Shown: one piece after another, positions 1 through 11,844 of the stretch
How positions within the stretch are numbered: position 1 is the first letter of the stretch
How the letters are laid out: every line of letters starts with the position of its first letter
Source: Torpedo marmorata
Taxonomy: Eukaryota
NCBI GenBank assembly: GCA_977017645.1
Contig: OZ360241.1
Coordinates: 59,024,001-59,088,000, forward strand
Length of the DNA: 64,000 bases
Reading direction: 5' to 3'
Notes under the pieces: generated by a model
The model's input: only the letters and a program-made list of their open reading frames with translations
What the model was told of the DNA's origin: nothing
Database searches by the model: none
Position numbers and translations under genes: made by a program

Positions 1-59
1 GTGAAGCTTAAGGAGCCTTGTATTAAGTGTCTGGAAGACAAAGGTCTTCTGCCTAGCTG

Positions 60-900
60 ATCCATCAAGCAATACTATCCCTCAATGTACAGCCGTCCCC
101 CCCCACCTGAAAATCAAGGTCCAAGATGAATATTTGGAAAACATAGCTCACTTTCCATATCTCAGGAACAACCTATCAGCGAAGGTAAATGACGATGACC
201 ACTACTTTCCGCACGCAAGCACAGCTTTTGGTCAGCTGAGGAAAAGAGTGCTCAAAGAGCAAGGGTCAAAGTTGGCCCTGATGTCATGGCCTGCAGAGCA
301 GTGATGACCCCTGCCCTCCTGTAGGGGAATTAAGGGATATGGGGAAAAGGCAGGTAGGTGGAGATGAGCCTATCATCAGATCAGCCATGATCTCATTGAA
401 TGGCAGAGCAGGCTCGGCGGGCCGGGTGGCCTACTCCTGCTCCTATTTCTTATGTTCTTATGTGTGCTTCTGAGACATGGATCAGGCACCTCAAACAACT
501 GGAGAAGTACCAATAACACTGTCTCTGCAAAATCCTCCAAACCTTTGGGAGTGTAACTGAAACAACATCATCACTCTCTCTGGGCCAACATCCCCAGCAT
601 TTAGACTCTGATCACACACAACCTGTCCCAGAGGGCAGGATACATTGTCTACACACCTGATACAAGAATCCCGAAAGGTCCACTCTGCCCCAAGCTTTAT
701 CACAGCAAGAGATTACTAGGAGGACAGAAAAAAGACTTTTGGGATGTTCCCCAAATCTCAGTATCGACTGGGGAAAAATGTAACCTCCACACAGATTAAT
801 GGAAATTCTGGCTCATGTCTGCTCCAAGTGGACAAGGAGTATCCAGGAAGGAACCAACTATGCCTGCAAGCACATGCAGGACATTTACAACAATAGAAGG
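60..900 (+). mobile_element. Decayed RTE-type LINE fragment interrupted by a CR1 3' end (about 325-461)
   Basis: RT C-terminal remnants FPYL, AFGQLRKRV, PALL..ASETW; insert ends in cctactcctgctcctatttcttatgttcttatg (CR1-type tail). Confidence 0.65.
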
Positions 901-907
901 AGCACAC

Positions 908-1137
908 AGGAGCGGCAAGGTTAGCGTAGCGATTAGAACAACATTATTACAGCACCAGCGACCCGGGTTCGAATCCTGCGCTGTCTGTAAGGAGTTGTAC
1001 TTGCTCCCCGTGTCTGCGTAGGTTTCCTCCCTCCCTTCAAAATGTACGGGGGTTATAGGTTAATTGGGATATTTAGGCGGCATATGTTCGTGGGCCGGAA
1101 AGGCCTGTTACAGTACTGTATGTCTAAATTTTTAAAA
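908..1137 (+). mobile_element. tRNA-derived V-SINE (HE1-like)
   Basis: A/B-box head (ggttcgaatcc), V-domain gtctgtaaggagtt..ctccccgtgtctgcgt, tail tgtctaaattt. Confidence 0.8.
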
Positions 1138-1289
1138 TACAGAGCATCCCAAACAACTCACCCACCTGATGGGCCAAATGTCACTGGCCCCTTCTATGTA
1201 AGAATCTGCAGATCTCACATTCGAATTCCCAGCCACCTCCAACTGAAACAGAAGCAAGTCACCCAGTATTAGCATGAAACTTAAATGTA

Positions 1290-2300
1290 GAGGCCACAAT
1301 GAAGATATCTGATACTGATACAAATATCGGCTGTGTGGTTGACCGTGAGGAAGAGAATTCAAGGCTACAGGATGATATCAGTGAACTTGGTGGATAGCAA
1401 AGGATCAAATGGAATTCAGTACGGAGAAATGTGAGGTAATGCACTGAGGGAGGACAAACCAGGCAATGCACATCAAACAGTAAAATGCTAAGAAAAGAAA
1501 CATGCTGATCTTGGAGTGTATGTCCAGGAATCTTTCAAAGTAGCAGGACAGATGAATAAGGGTTAGGAAGGAGACACACAGGAGAAAACAGGATGTTCTG
1601 AAGCGCCAGAGAGCAGTAGAAACCACAGAGGGGGAGCAGTGAGAGAGGGACTCACAGAACTCCTGTCGAAGAGCAGAGAAAAACGTCAAAGATGGCATTA
1701 AAAGTAAAAACACAAAAATGCCTGAGGGACTCAGCAGGTCTCGCAGCGTTCATAGGAGGTAAAGATATATAATTGATGTTTTGGGCCTGAGCCCTTCTGG
1801 CAGGTCTTGAAGAGAATTCACAGTGGAGTAGTAAACTGTGGACACACAGGAGGAAACGGGACGTGGTCAAAGTGCCGCTGTAACGCCTAGTTACTCGATA
1901 TCAGCCTTCATAAAGGGTTTTGGTTCAATCGACCAATCTTTTTCTCCCACTGATGCTGCTTGACCTGCTGAGTTCCTTCAGTAGATTGTGGTTCGCAAGG
2001 GTTAGGAAGACATAGGAAGGAGTACTTGCCTCTATTGGCTTGGGCACACAACGTAAGAGTAGGAAGGCCTTGGTAGAGTTGTATAAAACTAGTTTGGCTA
2101 CAGCTAGAGTAATTGTACAGTCGTAGTCAACACATTAGAGAAGGATGAATACGAAATCCAGACAGGGTTAACATCTCCCTTTGCGAAGAGATAAGTAATT
2201 TGGAAGTGTAGACTTAATTGATGGAAGGATGAGAGGAGAAATGAAAAAAAAATGACCATTCAATAGCGGATTGGAACTCAATGCCTCAAAAGGTGGTGAA
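1290..2300 (+). mobile_element. Decayed CR1 LINE containing a Penelope-derived insertion (1571-1996)
   Basis: CR1 RT remnants; 13-bp direct repeat aagggttaggaag at 1558-1570 and 1997-2009 flanks inverted pLTR pieces. Confidence 0.65.
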
Positions 2301-2397
2301 GAACCATTGCTTGTAGTCCTACGGTCAAAAGCTGAGGTGGAATTAACTAAAGTCCATGGAACTATGGCCAGTGATGACCTTCTATTCTGTAATTCCC

Positions 2398-2530
2398 AGG
2401 TTTTTGTGAGGGGCGCTGGACAAAGTAGCGACTCTCTGTCTGCCTTACGGTAGACAAAAATTAAAGAGTTTCATGTATGTTACATTCTAAATGTAGTATT
2501 ACGTGACAATAATGGAACCTTTACCCTTTA
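2398..2530 (+). mobile_element. 5'-truncated copy of the 5S-derived SINE (body and tail only)
   Basis: Matches the reverse complement of about 29250-29378; ends gacaataatggaacctttaccc. Confidence 0.75.
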
Positions 2531-3854
2531 CAATATTCCTGACCCAGGTATTAACTGGTGCATTGCAGAAAATTGCCTGCAGTACTAGTTTCTGTCAACA
2601 GAGGTTCCCAGTGAGGCAGTGAATGGCAAAACGGGACCCTTGTAATAGCTGAACAGGCCAAAGTGAATGTCCAGAGAAAATAGGATTGTTTTGAGATTGG
2701 ATTACCTTCCTATCTGGACCTACACTTCCACTGAATTGAATAGAAATAATAAAAAACCTGTAATACAAATTGTCTATGTAAACAAGATGTGTTGTAGTTG
2801 CACCCTCCCACCAGTGGTGGTACCGTAGCTATATTATACATGCCAACTCCTCTTTAAATGCCCAACTCTGGTTGCCACAGAGCTTGAGTGTCTTTGTCAG
2901 GATTATTTCAGAGAACGTTGGAATTCAGTGGCATCCTGAAGGCCACCACCAGCCAGATTTCCATTTGAACCAGCCACATAAATACTGTGACAACCTGAAC
3001 AGGTCACAGACTGGGTGTCCTGCAGTGAGAGAATAGTTTCCTGGCATCTGAAAGCTTTCTACTGACTACAAAGCACAAACCATGAGTGATGGAGTACTTT
3101 ACTTGGCTGGATCAGTGCATCACTAACAATTCAAGAAGCTTGATTTCATCCAGGACAAAGTCGCTTGCTTGACTGATACTTCATCTACCACCCTAAATGT
3201 TCATTCCTTCCACCGGTAGCACAAACGTGGCTGCAGAATATCGCATAAAAACATTGCAATTATTCACCTGGGCTATTCCAACAATGCATTCCAGACCTCT
3301 ATCCACAAGACTGACAAAGACTTCAGGTGCATAGAAATACCATCGTCTGCAGGATGCCCACCATCCTGGTACAGGCAGTCCCCAGGTCCCATTTCTGTCC
3401 CATAACCCAAGTTCTCCCTAAGTCAGAAAAGTCTGTCTTCTACAGTCACCCACATCAACTGTTTTTGTGGTTTCCTGCTTGGTGTGAGCTCATCTATGAG
3501 AGGCTGGTGTTGGGGTTGAGCCTCACAGTGCTCGGTTCTCCCATTTATTTTCCCTTCTATCTTTCCCCTGCCTAAGGGAGCTGCTCGGGTCAAGGGTCAT
3601 CACGGGCTCTTCCTCACTTTACCCAATACTATTCAGGAACAAGCCTCTTCAGTGAGACCAGTAATATGGTCCATCAAGTGAGGCTGAGTGGAGGGACCAA
3701 TGTCAGGCCGGGACTGGTGCATGTATCCGGTGAATTGGGTCTGGGTATTTGATGAACATTCACTGTCGGGGGCTGTTAAGTGGTCTGTGATCACTTCCTT
3801 ACTAATCCCACCATCCCACTCCCCTCACATTAACCTCTTTCCTTTATATCCTAG

Positions 3855-4020
3855 GTGCCGCAAGGATTTAGTGGACAGGCTCAGCTAAAAGTGTGGGGCA
3901 ATCGACATCTCACCGGTGATGGATACATCTTCCACAACTTCACCACCGTCACCATCGACTCCAAGGGATCGTCAGTGTTTATCCAGACAGACAAACCTGT
4001 CTACAAACCCAAGCAGAAAG
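3855..4020 (+). CDS. CPAMD8: CPAMD8 exon A1: VPQGFSGQAQLKVWG...FIQTDKPVYKPKQK
   Basis: ctag|GTG acceptor, AAAG|gtggac donor; 166 nt, phase 0 to 1. Confidence 0.93.
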
Positions 4021-4853
4021 GTGGACCTTCCTCGCCCACCTCTACGTTGCCCGTCACTTGAGTCTCGGCATGCGTCACGTATTGAACGCTGAGAGACCAG
4101 GAGGAAGAAAGGGAGGAGAAGGGGGATGGAAGAAGAGGGAGAATGCCCTCATTACCCAAGCACGTCATTGTAGCTGACTTCTCCAATCATGTAGTCATGA
4201 ATTCAAGTCCCTGGAGTGGCCGCACTGAGGGAGAACTGCATTGTTGAACTTGATTCAATCCATAAAGATTAATATCCCTGTATTAATGCCCTATATACAC
4301 ATCTAATATCTGACCTGTGAGCCAGCATCCTTTCTTCTCTCTCTCTTTTATTCATTATCTTTTTCCTTTTTATTGCATTTATTTATCTTTTTCTCTATAT
4401 CTGTTGGTAACTGGAGGGGAGAGATTTAAATGGGACAGTGTCCACATCTTGTGTCCCTTTTTTACCTGCACTCACTCTATATGACATAACAACAGCTCCT
4501 TGCATTTATTTAGGGCCTTTAACTTAAATCATGTGACTCACACCACATCACAGATTGAGCTACGTTATGCTTGTGCCAGTAACCAAAATGATATATTTTA
4601 AGGAATGTTTAAAGGTGGCAAGAGAAGTTTTGGGAAGGAATTCCAGAGCTTAAGGGCCACCGAGACCATGGTCACCAATTGTGAGGCGATTAAATTTGGG
4701 GCTAACCGGCGTGCCAGAATTGGAGGGGCACCGAAATCTCTCGGAGTTGGAGTCCCCATCTGTAATCTGGGCAGCACACAAGACGAGTTTAGTAAAAGCA
4801 TCAATTGCTCCATTTTTTTTTCACTGTTGCTTTTCCCTTTCTTTCCTTCACAG

Positions 4854-4906
4854 TGCTGATTAATGTGTTCACTGTCACCCCTGAACTCCGACCCACCAAT
4901 CAGAAG
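4854..4906 (+). CDS. CPAMD8: CPAMD8 exon A2: (V)LINVFTVTPELRPTNQK
   Basis: polypyrimidine tract + cag|TG; AAG|gtagga; 53 nt. Confidence 0.92.
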
Positions 4907-5944
4907 GTAGGATTTCTCGCTCTCTCTGCCAGTTTTGTACATAAATTGATTAAACAGAAGGAGTGACCTCCAATGCAATGTGAGCCCACAACAGCAGCAA
5001 GGCCCTCCTCTGTCCTATTGCTGAACCCTAGGTGATTTAGCCTGTCTGTAGCAGGATAACAGTGTCTGGTTCAAGGGTGTCTGGCTCATCCACAAAATTG
5101 ACTTGTTGCTCTTGGAATCACCTCCGGCTGACTCTCAGATTGTCACCAGTCTGAATGAAGTCCTGGATTAATCTGGAATGGGTCAGAAGCTTGGATCGGA
5201 GCACTTCCTTCCTGCAAACCCACATCAGCTCCATGTCCAGCTCTGAAGCTATTGTTTGCACTGGCTCTTCCCCAAACCACGTTCCTATCTATCATCTGGC
5301 TCCTTACAGGATACAAGCTTAGAGCATTCCTGCCTTGGCCATTGACGTTCGTAAGCATAGAGATTAGCATGGTAGTACTGTGCTTGTGACTGGTCCAGCA
5401 GCGAGAGTTTTGGATTGTTGTTCCAAGGGCGTGAGCTCGAATCTCACCAGGGCAGAGTAATGTAACTTCAAGTAATTAAATAAATCTGGAATAAAGAGAA
5501 TGCCAGCCTCAGTAAAAGAGGCCATGACACTACCAGGTTGTTATAAAAACTACCTGGTCGTTAATAATGCTGTCGATCAAGTGAGGTGCTCCTCATCAAG
5601 TCTGTTCTAAATATGAATTTAGATCTACATTCTCAACTCTTTCTGAGTTTCGGGATAATTAGATGCAGAATAGATGCTGGCACTGTCAGTGATGTCCTCA
5701 TGCTGTGAATGGAAACAAAAATATTCTGATTCATAAATATTTTATTGATTTCATATCATGGTTTTAAAAGGCAGGTGTTTTTCTCTGCCTGGGGAGCATA
5801 GCTGCCAAGACCAATATGATTTGGCACTTCCTGGCTATTCTGGGAAGGAGGCGATGAGACTTGATTCCCCCATTGTGTATTAATCCTTGTAACTGTTCTG
5901 AGACAAATGAGGGTTTTCATAGGCTCTTTTGAGGGAGTTTTAAT

Positions 5945-6430
5945 AAAAACACACACAGAAATGCTGGAGGAACCCAGCCGGTGTCGCAGCGTCCATAGGA
6001 GGTAAAGATATATTACCGATATTTCAGGCCTGAGCCCTTCCTCAAGGTATAAGCAAAGAACAGGAAGGTGTCAGAATAAAGACTGAAGGATGGGAGGGGG
6101 AGGAGTTAAGACCAACAAAAGGTGTTTATTGGATATGATAAAGAGGAAAGGTGAGAATTGATTTTAGCTCTGTGAAAGGAGTCAGAGGGAAAAGGGAGAG
6201 AGAGAGAGACAAAGCTGGGAGAAAGGTGATGGGGAAGAAGTGGGGGGGGAGGTTTAACGGAAACTGGAGAAGTTGATGTTAATGCCATCCATTTGGAGGG
6301 TGCCCAGACGGAAGATGAGGTGTTGTTCCTCCAATTTGCGGGTGGTCTCAGTCTGGCAGTGCATGAGACCATGGACAGACATGTCAGGAAGGGAATGGGA
6401 TGGGGAATTGACATGGTTGGCCACTGGGAG
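5945..6430 (-). mobile_element. Penelope-like element 3' end/pLTR
   Basis: GIY-YIG C-terminal peptide RKLEEQHLIFRLGTLQ.DGINI.F plus pLTR tail. Confidence 0.85.
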
Positions 6431-6851
6431 TTTTAATGTCAGAGTCACATATAGCCACAGGGGAAAGAAGATAAGTTTCCTTTGCTCAGGGGCATCAGTG
6501 AGGCAGGTGAGTTTTCTCACAATTCCACACCTTTTACCGAGACTGGTTACAGTTTGAAGAGGAGGTTGAGATGTGAATTGAAAACTCTATGTTAATAAAG
6601 TACCTTGATCCTTGTGGTGATTTTCTTATTCCCTGGAGCCTCCTGTTTTCATTTTGTGCTTAGTTGAAGGATATGTGAGCTCTGTTAGGATCAGTCATTA
6701 GAGTGAATAGGAAAATTGGGTACAACTGTAGAATGGCTCCGTGACCTTGTGGGTCTAGGTATCATTGCTACTGATCCTCTCAGTAATTCAAGAATGTTAT
6801 CGGATTGAGTCATAGAAACCACATTCATTTATCACTCTCCCTCTCTTGCAG

Positions 6852-6869
6852 ATTGAGGCCTACATCGTG
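6852..6869 (+). CDS. CPAMD8: CPAMD8 exon A3, 18-nt microexon IEAYIV
   Basis: ctctcttgcag|ATT...GTG|gtgagt; fills the LEAYIL-equivalent gap between neighbouring exons. Confidence 0.88.
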
Positions 6870-7531
6870 GTGAGTTCCATGGAGCTAACTTCAATCCGAG
6901 GCTGGGATGTTGATGGTTTCACTTTGTTGTCTCTTGGTGGTTTTCTCTGTCCTCTGACAGAGTTTGACACAGAGTGTTACTACTCTATTCAGAGTACTGC
7001 CTATTTCTCTCACCTCTCTCTCTTTCTGTCCCATTGATTACCATCAATCTCTGCCTGTTTCTTCTGCTTTTCTACCTTTCACTAGAGCAGATTGAAAGAT
7101 TCAGTCTGCTCTAGTGGAAAGGATGACTCCAGCAGTGTTCGTGCTGCGACTGAGACCTGGTGTTTTGCACCAACGTTCTGCCTGCCCCCAGCAATAGCAT
7201 TGAGCCTTTGGTTGGGAACTCTGCACACAACAGAACCTGATCCATTGGGAAGACATCTACAGGTTGCATGCCCCATCCAGTCTCGATGGCGCCGTGCATG
7301 CTTATGATTAACAACAGGAAATGGGAGCAAGCGTTTGAAATCAGGTTCAGATATGGAACACTGAAGCTCCCTTCAAATCGTGTGGGGCATTCGCGGACCC
7401 ACTCGCATCAGTATATGCCATCGTTTCGATGTTTGAAGGGCCATGCTTAGTGGAGGGCAGATGTTGTTTAGGCAGTACTCTGTCGTGGGTTAAGTTTCTC
7501 TTCTCTCTCTCATTGCTGGTCTCCTCCCCAG

Positions 7532-7586
7532 GACCCCCGAGGCTCTCGGATGATCCAGTGGAATGAGCTGAAGCCAGTGTGTTGTG
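7532..7586 (+). CDS. CPAMD8: CPAMD8 exon A4: DPRGSRMIQWNELKPVCC
   Basis: ccag|GAC; TGTG|gtaagt; 55 nt. Confidence 0.93.
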
Positions 7587-8211
7587 GTAAGTTCCTGAAA
7601 TTCCCATAAAGTTATCATCAACAGTTAGGGTGAATGTTGACATCCCACAACTGTCAATCATCACTCAACTTACTTAACTATAGCTAAAATCCCTATCCCA
7701 TCTCACAGGCATCCTCTTCCTGGGGCAGCAAATGTGTCTGAGCATCTGGTCAGACTCCTTAGTATTGAACCTGGGTACGTTATCAAGATGAGAACATGTC
7801 GAGGCATTTGGCAGTGGGAGGTCATCAATCAATCTGATTCCCAATATTTCCAGGCAATGATATTGGGAAACTCCTGGGCATCGAGGCCTGGCTGACTTCA
7901 CCCACTCGAGGGAAAGATAGAATATACATGCTGTGGGGGGGGGGTAATGTAGAAAAGATTCACCACACTTGTTCCTTGGAAGACGAGAGGAGATTGAGTG
8001 AGTTGGGTCTCTTTCGAGTTTAGAAGAATGAGAGGTGATCTCATTAAAACAGCCAGATGGATTCAGATAGGAGGTCTTCCCTGGCTGAGGAGTCCAGAGC
8101 CATGGGTCACAGTCTCGAAATAAGAGGGGGTCATTTAGGACTGGGATGAGAAGAAATGTTTTCACTCAGAGGGTGGTGGACTTCTGGAATTCTTCACCGT
8201 GGGAGGGTTGT

Positions 8212-8640
8212 GATTTCAGATTTCAGATTTTATTGTCAGAGTACATACATGACATCACATACAACCCTGAGATTCTTTTTCCTGTGGGCGAGGCAGAATT
8301 ACCACTTATGGGTAGTGCAAAAAAACAAAACTGTACACATGTAAACAAATAAAGAAATGTAAACAAACTGTGCAATACAGAGAGAAAAAAAAGTGCAAAA
8401 GTAAGAGTCCTTAAATGAGTCCCTGATTGAGTTTGTTGTTGAGGAGTCTGATGGTGGAGGGGTAGCAGCTGTTCCTGAACCTGGTGGTGCGAGTCTTGTG
8501 GCACCTATACCTCTTTCCTGTTGGAAGCAGAGTGTGTGCTGGGTGGTGTGGATCCTTGATGATTGGTGCTGCTCTCCAACAGCAGCGTTTCCTGTAGATG
8601 TTCTTGATGGTGGGAAGGGTTTTGCCTGTGATGTCCTGGG
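8212..8640 (-). mobile_element. Rex1/Babar-type LINE 3' end
   Basis: IIKDPHHPAH...RFRNSCYPSTIRLLN peptide; tail gacaataaa(atctgaa)n. Confidence 0.85.
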
Positions 8641-9263
8641 CTTTGTGGAGGATCAGAGATTGATTGCATTCAGAACAGAGCTTGATGTTGGATATTGGAA
8701 TAGGGTAGGAAGATGTGGTTGAGGTAGGAGACCAGCCAAGCATAGCAGAGCAGGTTCAAGTAGCTGAATGGCTTCCTTCTGGTCCAATTCTCACATTGGT
8801 AAGATCCCAGGAGCACAGACATCAGTTGCAGGATGAACACAATCACCTTGTGCCTCTTGTTTGACCTGAGACTAACTCTGGTTCTGAGTATTTCCCAGTG
8901 ACCCTCAGTTCACTGTAGTGAAAAGATGGACTCACTCCAGGATTGGAGCACCAACACGCCAGTCTGTCGTTGCCAAACTGTTGCTGGTTAAATTTTGAAT
9001 TTTATTTGCAGCATGTTAGAAGCTGATTCTGGCCATTTAAACCCATGCCGCCCAATTACACCCAAATTAACCTACAATCCCGAACGTTTTGAATGGTGGG
9101 AGGAAACCACCACTCTGTGCCGATGTTCCCACCTCCCACTAACTCATGGATGAGATGGGGGCCATAAAGGAATGGGGTGAGTTGTGGGTTGGCGTATTGA
9201 GGGTATTGAGAGTGGGAGTAAGGAGTGAGACGTGGATGGGAGGGGATTGCGGGGGATTATGGG

Positions 9264-9492
9264 GAATGTTCCCTCTAATTTTTAGTAGACAGTGTGCGCA
9301 AAAATCTTATGTTTTGTGCAATTTTTTTTCCTGTGACAAAAGTATGTGCGCACTGAATGCTTGTGCATTCAATAAGTATAATTATTAATTACTACATTAT
9401 TTTAGGTAACTAACCTTTTGTGCGCACATTAATTTCCTTTGTGCGCTGGTTGCAAAACGTGTGTGCACGCGCACAGCTTAGAGGGGACAGTG
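9264..9492. mobile_element. Non-autonomous hAT-like MITE, internally deleted relative of 38157-38493
   Basis: Termini aatgttccctctaa / ttagaggggacagtg. Confidence 0.7.
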
Positions 9493-9783
9493 GAAACTTC
9501 TGGGCCTAATGTGGGCAAGTGGGACTAAAGCAGGAGGGTATGTTGTTCGCCATGGGCAAGCTGGGACTCTGGGCCTGTTTATGTGCTGTATGACTCTGTG
9601 ACATATGGGGGAGGGCGGGGAGGTGAGGAGTGCCTCTGTGAAGAGAGGAGAGTGGGTTCCCTGCTTTCTGGGATTGAAGGCTGCTGCCCAGATCTGTGGG
9701 GTCCTGTGTCCTGCTCGGCCCAACTCAGCAAATTCCTTCTCCGCACCCTGATGAAGAATCAGCCAGTCTTTGCTTCATTTCAG

Positions 9784-9897
9784 GGATTGTAAACATGAGC
9801 TTCCCACTATCAGACCAGCCTGTGATCGGAGAGTGGTTAATCTTCGTGGAGCTTCAAGGATACACTTACAACAAAACATTTGAAGTGCAGAAATACG
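9784..9897 (+). CDS. CPAMD8: CPAMD8 exon A5: (G)[17 protein letters not shown]...FEVQKY
   Basis: tttcag|GG; TACG|gtgagt; 114 nt. Confidence 0.95.
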
Positions 9898-10753
9898 GTG
9901 AGTGTGTTCACTGTTTCTAACTCTACACTGGTAGTGGTTACACTGTCCCACATTCAGATGAACAGGGCTTGCACAACCCCAATTGCAGACTAAAGAATTT
10001 ACATGCCCCAACATGTGGATTTCCAGCGCTGACGGAGCCCCCACATGTGGACCGCCAGCGTATAGCTTGTGCTTGGAGCCGAGGGTTGCTGACAGTCTCT
10101 GGCTAGAACAAAGTGAGACCAGGCTCAGAGATGAACATCGATGCTTTTCCATCAGGCTTTAGTTATTTTGGCAGGATTTATACCCAAGAGGCAGGATCTG
10201 TTTTTAATTCATTAAAAGTGTGTTGCTCTGGCAACCAGATGCTCTTTGGTAAGGGAACAAGCCATCGCTCTTCACCTGCTCAGCAAATGTGGTGAGAGGT
10301 TTGGGATTCTAGTGAAGACCAGAGCTGCCTGGACGCCAATTCTGACCAACTGCTTCTGTGCACAAGGTCCGATGCTCTCTGTCCTTGGTGGCAGACTTTG
10401 CTCCTATTACAGTCCTATTCCCAGTCTGCTCCCACACATGACCCTTGGTTCTCTGCCAAGTTCAGACCCAGCTGACGATGTCCTGTTGCAACATCCATTT
10501 TAAAATTTCTCATCCTCGTGATGAAATCTTCCATTGCTTCACCTGTTGCTTCATCTATCTTTTCCGAGACCCACGGGTTCCCGAGCTCCTCCAATTCTGG
10601 CCTCCCCACATTTAATTGCTTTGCTATTGAAACCATATCTTTAGATGCTAAAAAAAGTACCTTTGCAACACTCTCTTTCCTCCCCTCTTTCTCTCTCTGT
10701 CTCTCCTTTCTCACTTTTATTCTTTCATGTGCTCTCCTTGCCTCTATCCCTTA

Positions 10754-10756
<3 letters not shown>

Positions 10757-10784
<28 letters not shown>

Positions 10785-11055
10785 CCCCTTCCGCCCTGTC
10801 TCGCTCTCCCTGTCTCGCTCTCCCTGTCTCGCTCTCCCTGTCTCGCTCTCCCTGTCTCGCTCTCCCTGTCTCGCTCTCCCTGTCTCGCTCTCCCTGTCTC
10901 GCTCTCCCTGTCTCGCTCTCCCTGTCTCGCTCTCCCTTCCTCGCTCTCCCTTCCTCGCTCTCCCTTCCTCGCTCTCCCTTCCTCGCTCTCCCTTCCTCGC
11001 TCTCCCTTCCTCGCTCTCCCTTCCTCGCTCTCCCTTCCTCGCTCTCCCTTCCTCG
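10757..11055. repeat. (CT)n followed by a 14-bp tandem repeat, CTCGCTCTCCCTGT switching to CTCGCTCTCCCTTC
   Basis: Directly visible; runs into the assembly gap. Confidence 0.97.
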
Positions 11056-11198
11056 NNNNNNNNNNNNNNNNNNNNNNNNNNNNNNNNNNNNNNNNNNNNN
11101 NNNNNNNNNNNNNNNNNNNNNNNNNNNNNNNNNNNNNNNNNNNNNNNNNNNNNNNNNNNNNNNNNNNNNNNNNNNNNNNNNNNNNNNNNNNNNNNNNN
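11056..11198. other. Assembly gap (143 N)
   Basis: N run. Confidence 0.99.
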
Positions 11199-11844
11199 TT
11201 TTTTTCTCTTTCTCTCTGCATGGAATGCAAGTTATGTTAGGAATTTGGGTCAGGGAGTTGAAAGGATTCCTCAAGGAATGATTCCAGCTTTAGTGGGTGG
11301 CTGCAGTGCGGTGGGGGAGGAATTTAACCCCTTCTCTCGTATCCATGTGGGAATGGTTTGGGTCAGGAGTTATGGAGTGGCCCTCCGTTCGATTTAGGGT
11401 GCTCGCTTTCTTCCCCGTCTCCCTCCCTGTAGAAACCCAAACTCCGTCTCACTGCGTCACTACTGCCTGACGTTCCATCTCCTCCATGACTTTCCGCCAT
11501 CAGCTTTTTCAACCTGACTTGGTGGCTCCTGCCCTTCTTGCTTGCAAACACCTAGATTTTTAAATTCTGCTCCTTACCTCAGACCCCTTCATAGCTTCTA
11601 CCCTTCCAGTCCCTGTAACCTCCTCAGTCAATAATTCTGGTGTTTACAAAGGTTACTTCAAGGGTAAAAAAAACTGAGAGTGGGGAACATCAAAAGTATC
11701 AGGTGTGGTTCCCGAAAGCTTGTCCTAAGAGATGACCTTCAGGGAGCATCTTAAAGAAGGGAGGGAGGGAGGTAATTATCCTTTTTCATAATAACCACTG
11801 ATGGTTTGGTCTGTAGACTGATAGAAACACCAAACACTAAGTCA

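Noticed and set aside
1-15. GTG AAG CTT AAG (VKLK) resembling the end of the preceding small CPAMD8 exon
   Set aside because: Followed by GA, not a GT donor, and adjacent to RTE debris.
10518-11397. Several long ORFs on both strands (SLSRSPCLALP / RESEEGRARKGE)
   Set aside because: Translation of the 14-bp tandem repeat plus the N gap; not a gene.
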